DNA of 64,000 nucleotides from an uncultured Selenomonadales bacterium (GTDB lineage Bacteria; Bacillota; Negativicutes; Selenomonadales; Selenomonadaceae): NCBI GenBank assembly GCA_937877655.1, contig CALFJC010000176.1, positions 4,607 to 68,606 of the forward strand, read 5' to 3'. Shown piece by piece: positions 63,716 to 64,000 of this stretch (position 1 is its first letter; each line of letters starts with the position of its first letter). The notes under the pieces were generated by a model. It saw only the letters and a program-made list of their open reading frames with translations, ran no database searches and was not told where the DNA came from. The position numbers and the translations under genes were made by a program.

Positions 63716-64000
63716 TTGAGAACCGAAGCGGGCTCGCAAGCGGGCATGGTACTTTTATTGATAACGGGCGCGGGCAGAAGTTTCGGTGCAATAATCAATG
63801 CGACAGGCATTGGCGATTACATTGTAGACACAATGCAAGATTTCAATGTTCCGCTGATGTTGTTGGGATTTATTTTGTGTCAAATATCCTTACCGAACGA
63901 TTCTGGTTTTTGAGTCGTCAACAGATTTTCGGGCTTCACATTCCCGCAGACAATGAAAGCTTGGACGCTTGGCGGCTTTATCGCGGGCTTGACGGGTTTG
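63716..64000 (+). pseudogene. GntP-family permease remnant (internal fragment, frameshifted; runs off the window)
   Basis: MVLLLITGAGRSFGAIINATGIGDYIVDTMQDFNVPLMLLGFIL matches the GntP core. It is followed by a stop and then, in another frame, VVNRFSGFTFPQTMKAWTLGGFIAGLTGL. The first 250 or so residues are absent. Confidence 0.65.

Overview
This is a 64-kb chromosomal window from a moderate-GC bacterium. About 45 genes are supportable, and all but rnhA and nagA lie on the + strand. Core gene order is Firmicutes/Terrabacteria-like: divIC-yabR, tilS-hpt-ftsH, birA, PP2C phosphatase plus PASTA Ser/Thr kinase, uvrC, valS-folC, rex, secG-esterase...rnr, lepA. The window also encodes an O-antigen ligase and a giant RTX-type protein, which suggests an LPS-bearing (diderm) lineage. 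That lineage call is inference only.

The dominant feature is one uninterrupted 22.5-kb ORF (20790-43328, 7,512 codons from the SD-supported ATG). It has no N-terminal signal peptide. It carries at least 25 copies of a repeat module I cannot assign to a known domain, three near-identical 1.25-kb tandem units, and C-terminal GGxGxD calcium-binding nonapeptides. No type I secretion genes are nearby.

Five other signals stand out:
- Tandem heptanucleotide arrays (AATTAGG / AATGAGT / AAAACCT types) occur at eight loci. They form palindromic hairpins, bracket a four-helix-bundle ('23S rRNA IVS protein') gene, overlap stop codons and run into folC.
- A 110-270 bp multi-hairpin intergenic repeat is present in four copies, one with a fully replaced but still self-complementary stem.
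- The A4T4 palindrome AAAATTTT is strikingly over-represented in all codon phases and in SD-to-start spacers, coupled to frequent TTG starts.
- The right end holds a decayed sugar-acid utilisation locus: a GntR/FCD regulator and pseudogenes for a HIBADH-like dehydrogenase, a DUF1537 kinase and a GntP permease.
- Inside that locus, a minus-strand promoter and intrinsic terminator enclose about 340 nt of GC-rich non-coding sequence, a candidate unclassified ncRNA.

No rRNA or tRNA genes, CRISPR arrays, transposases or integrases were seen. All calls come from reading the sequence and the ORF track. No database searches were run.
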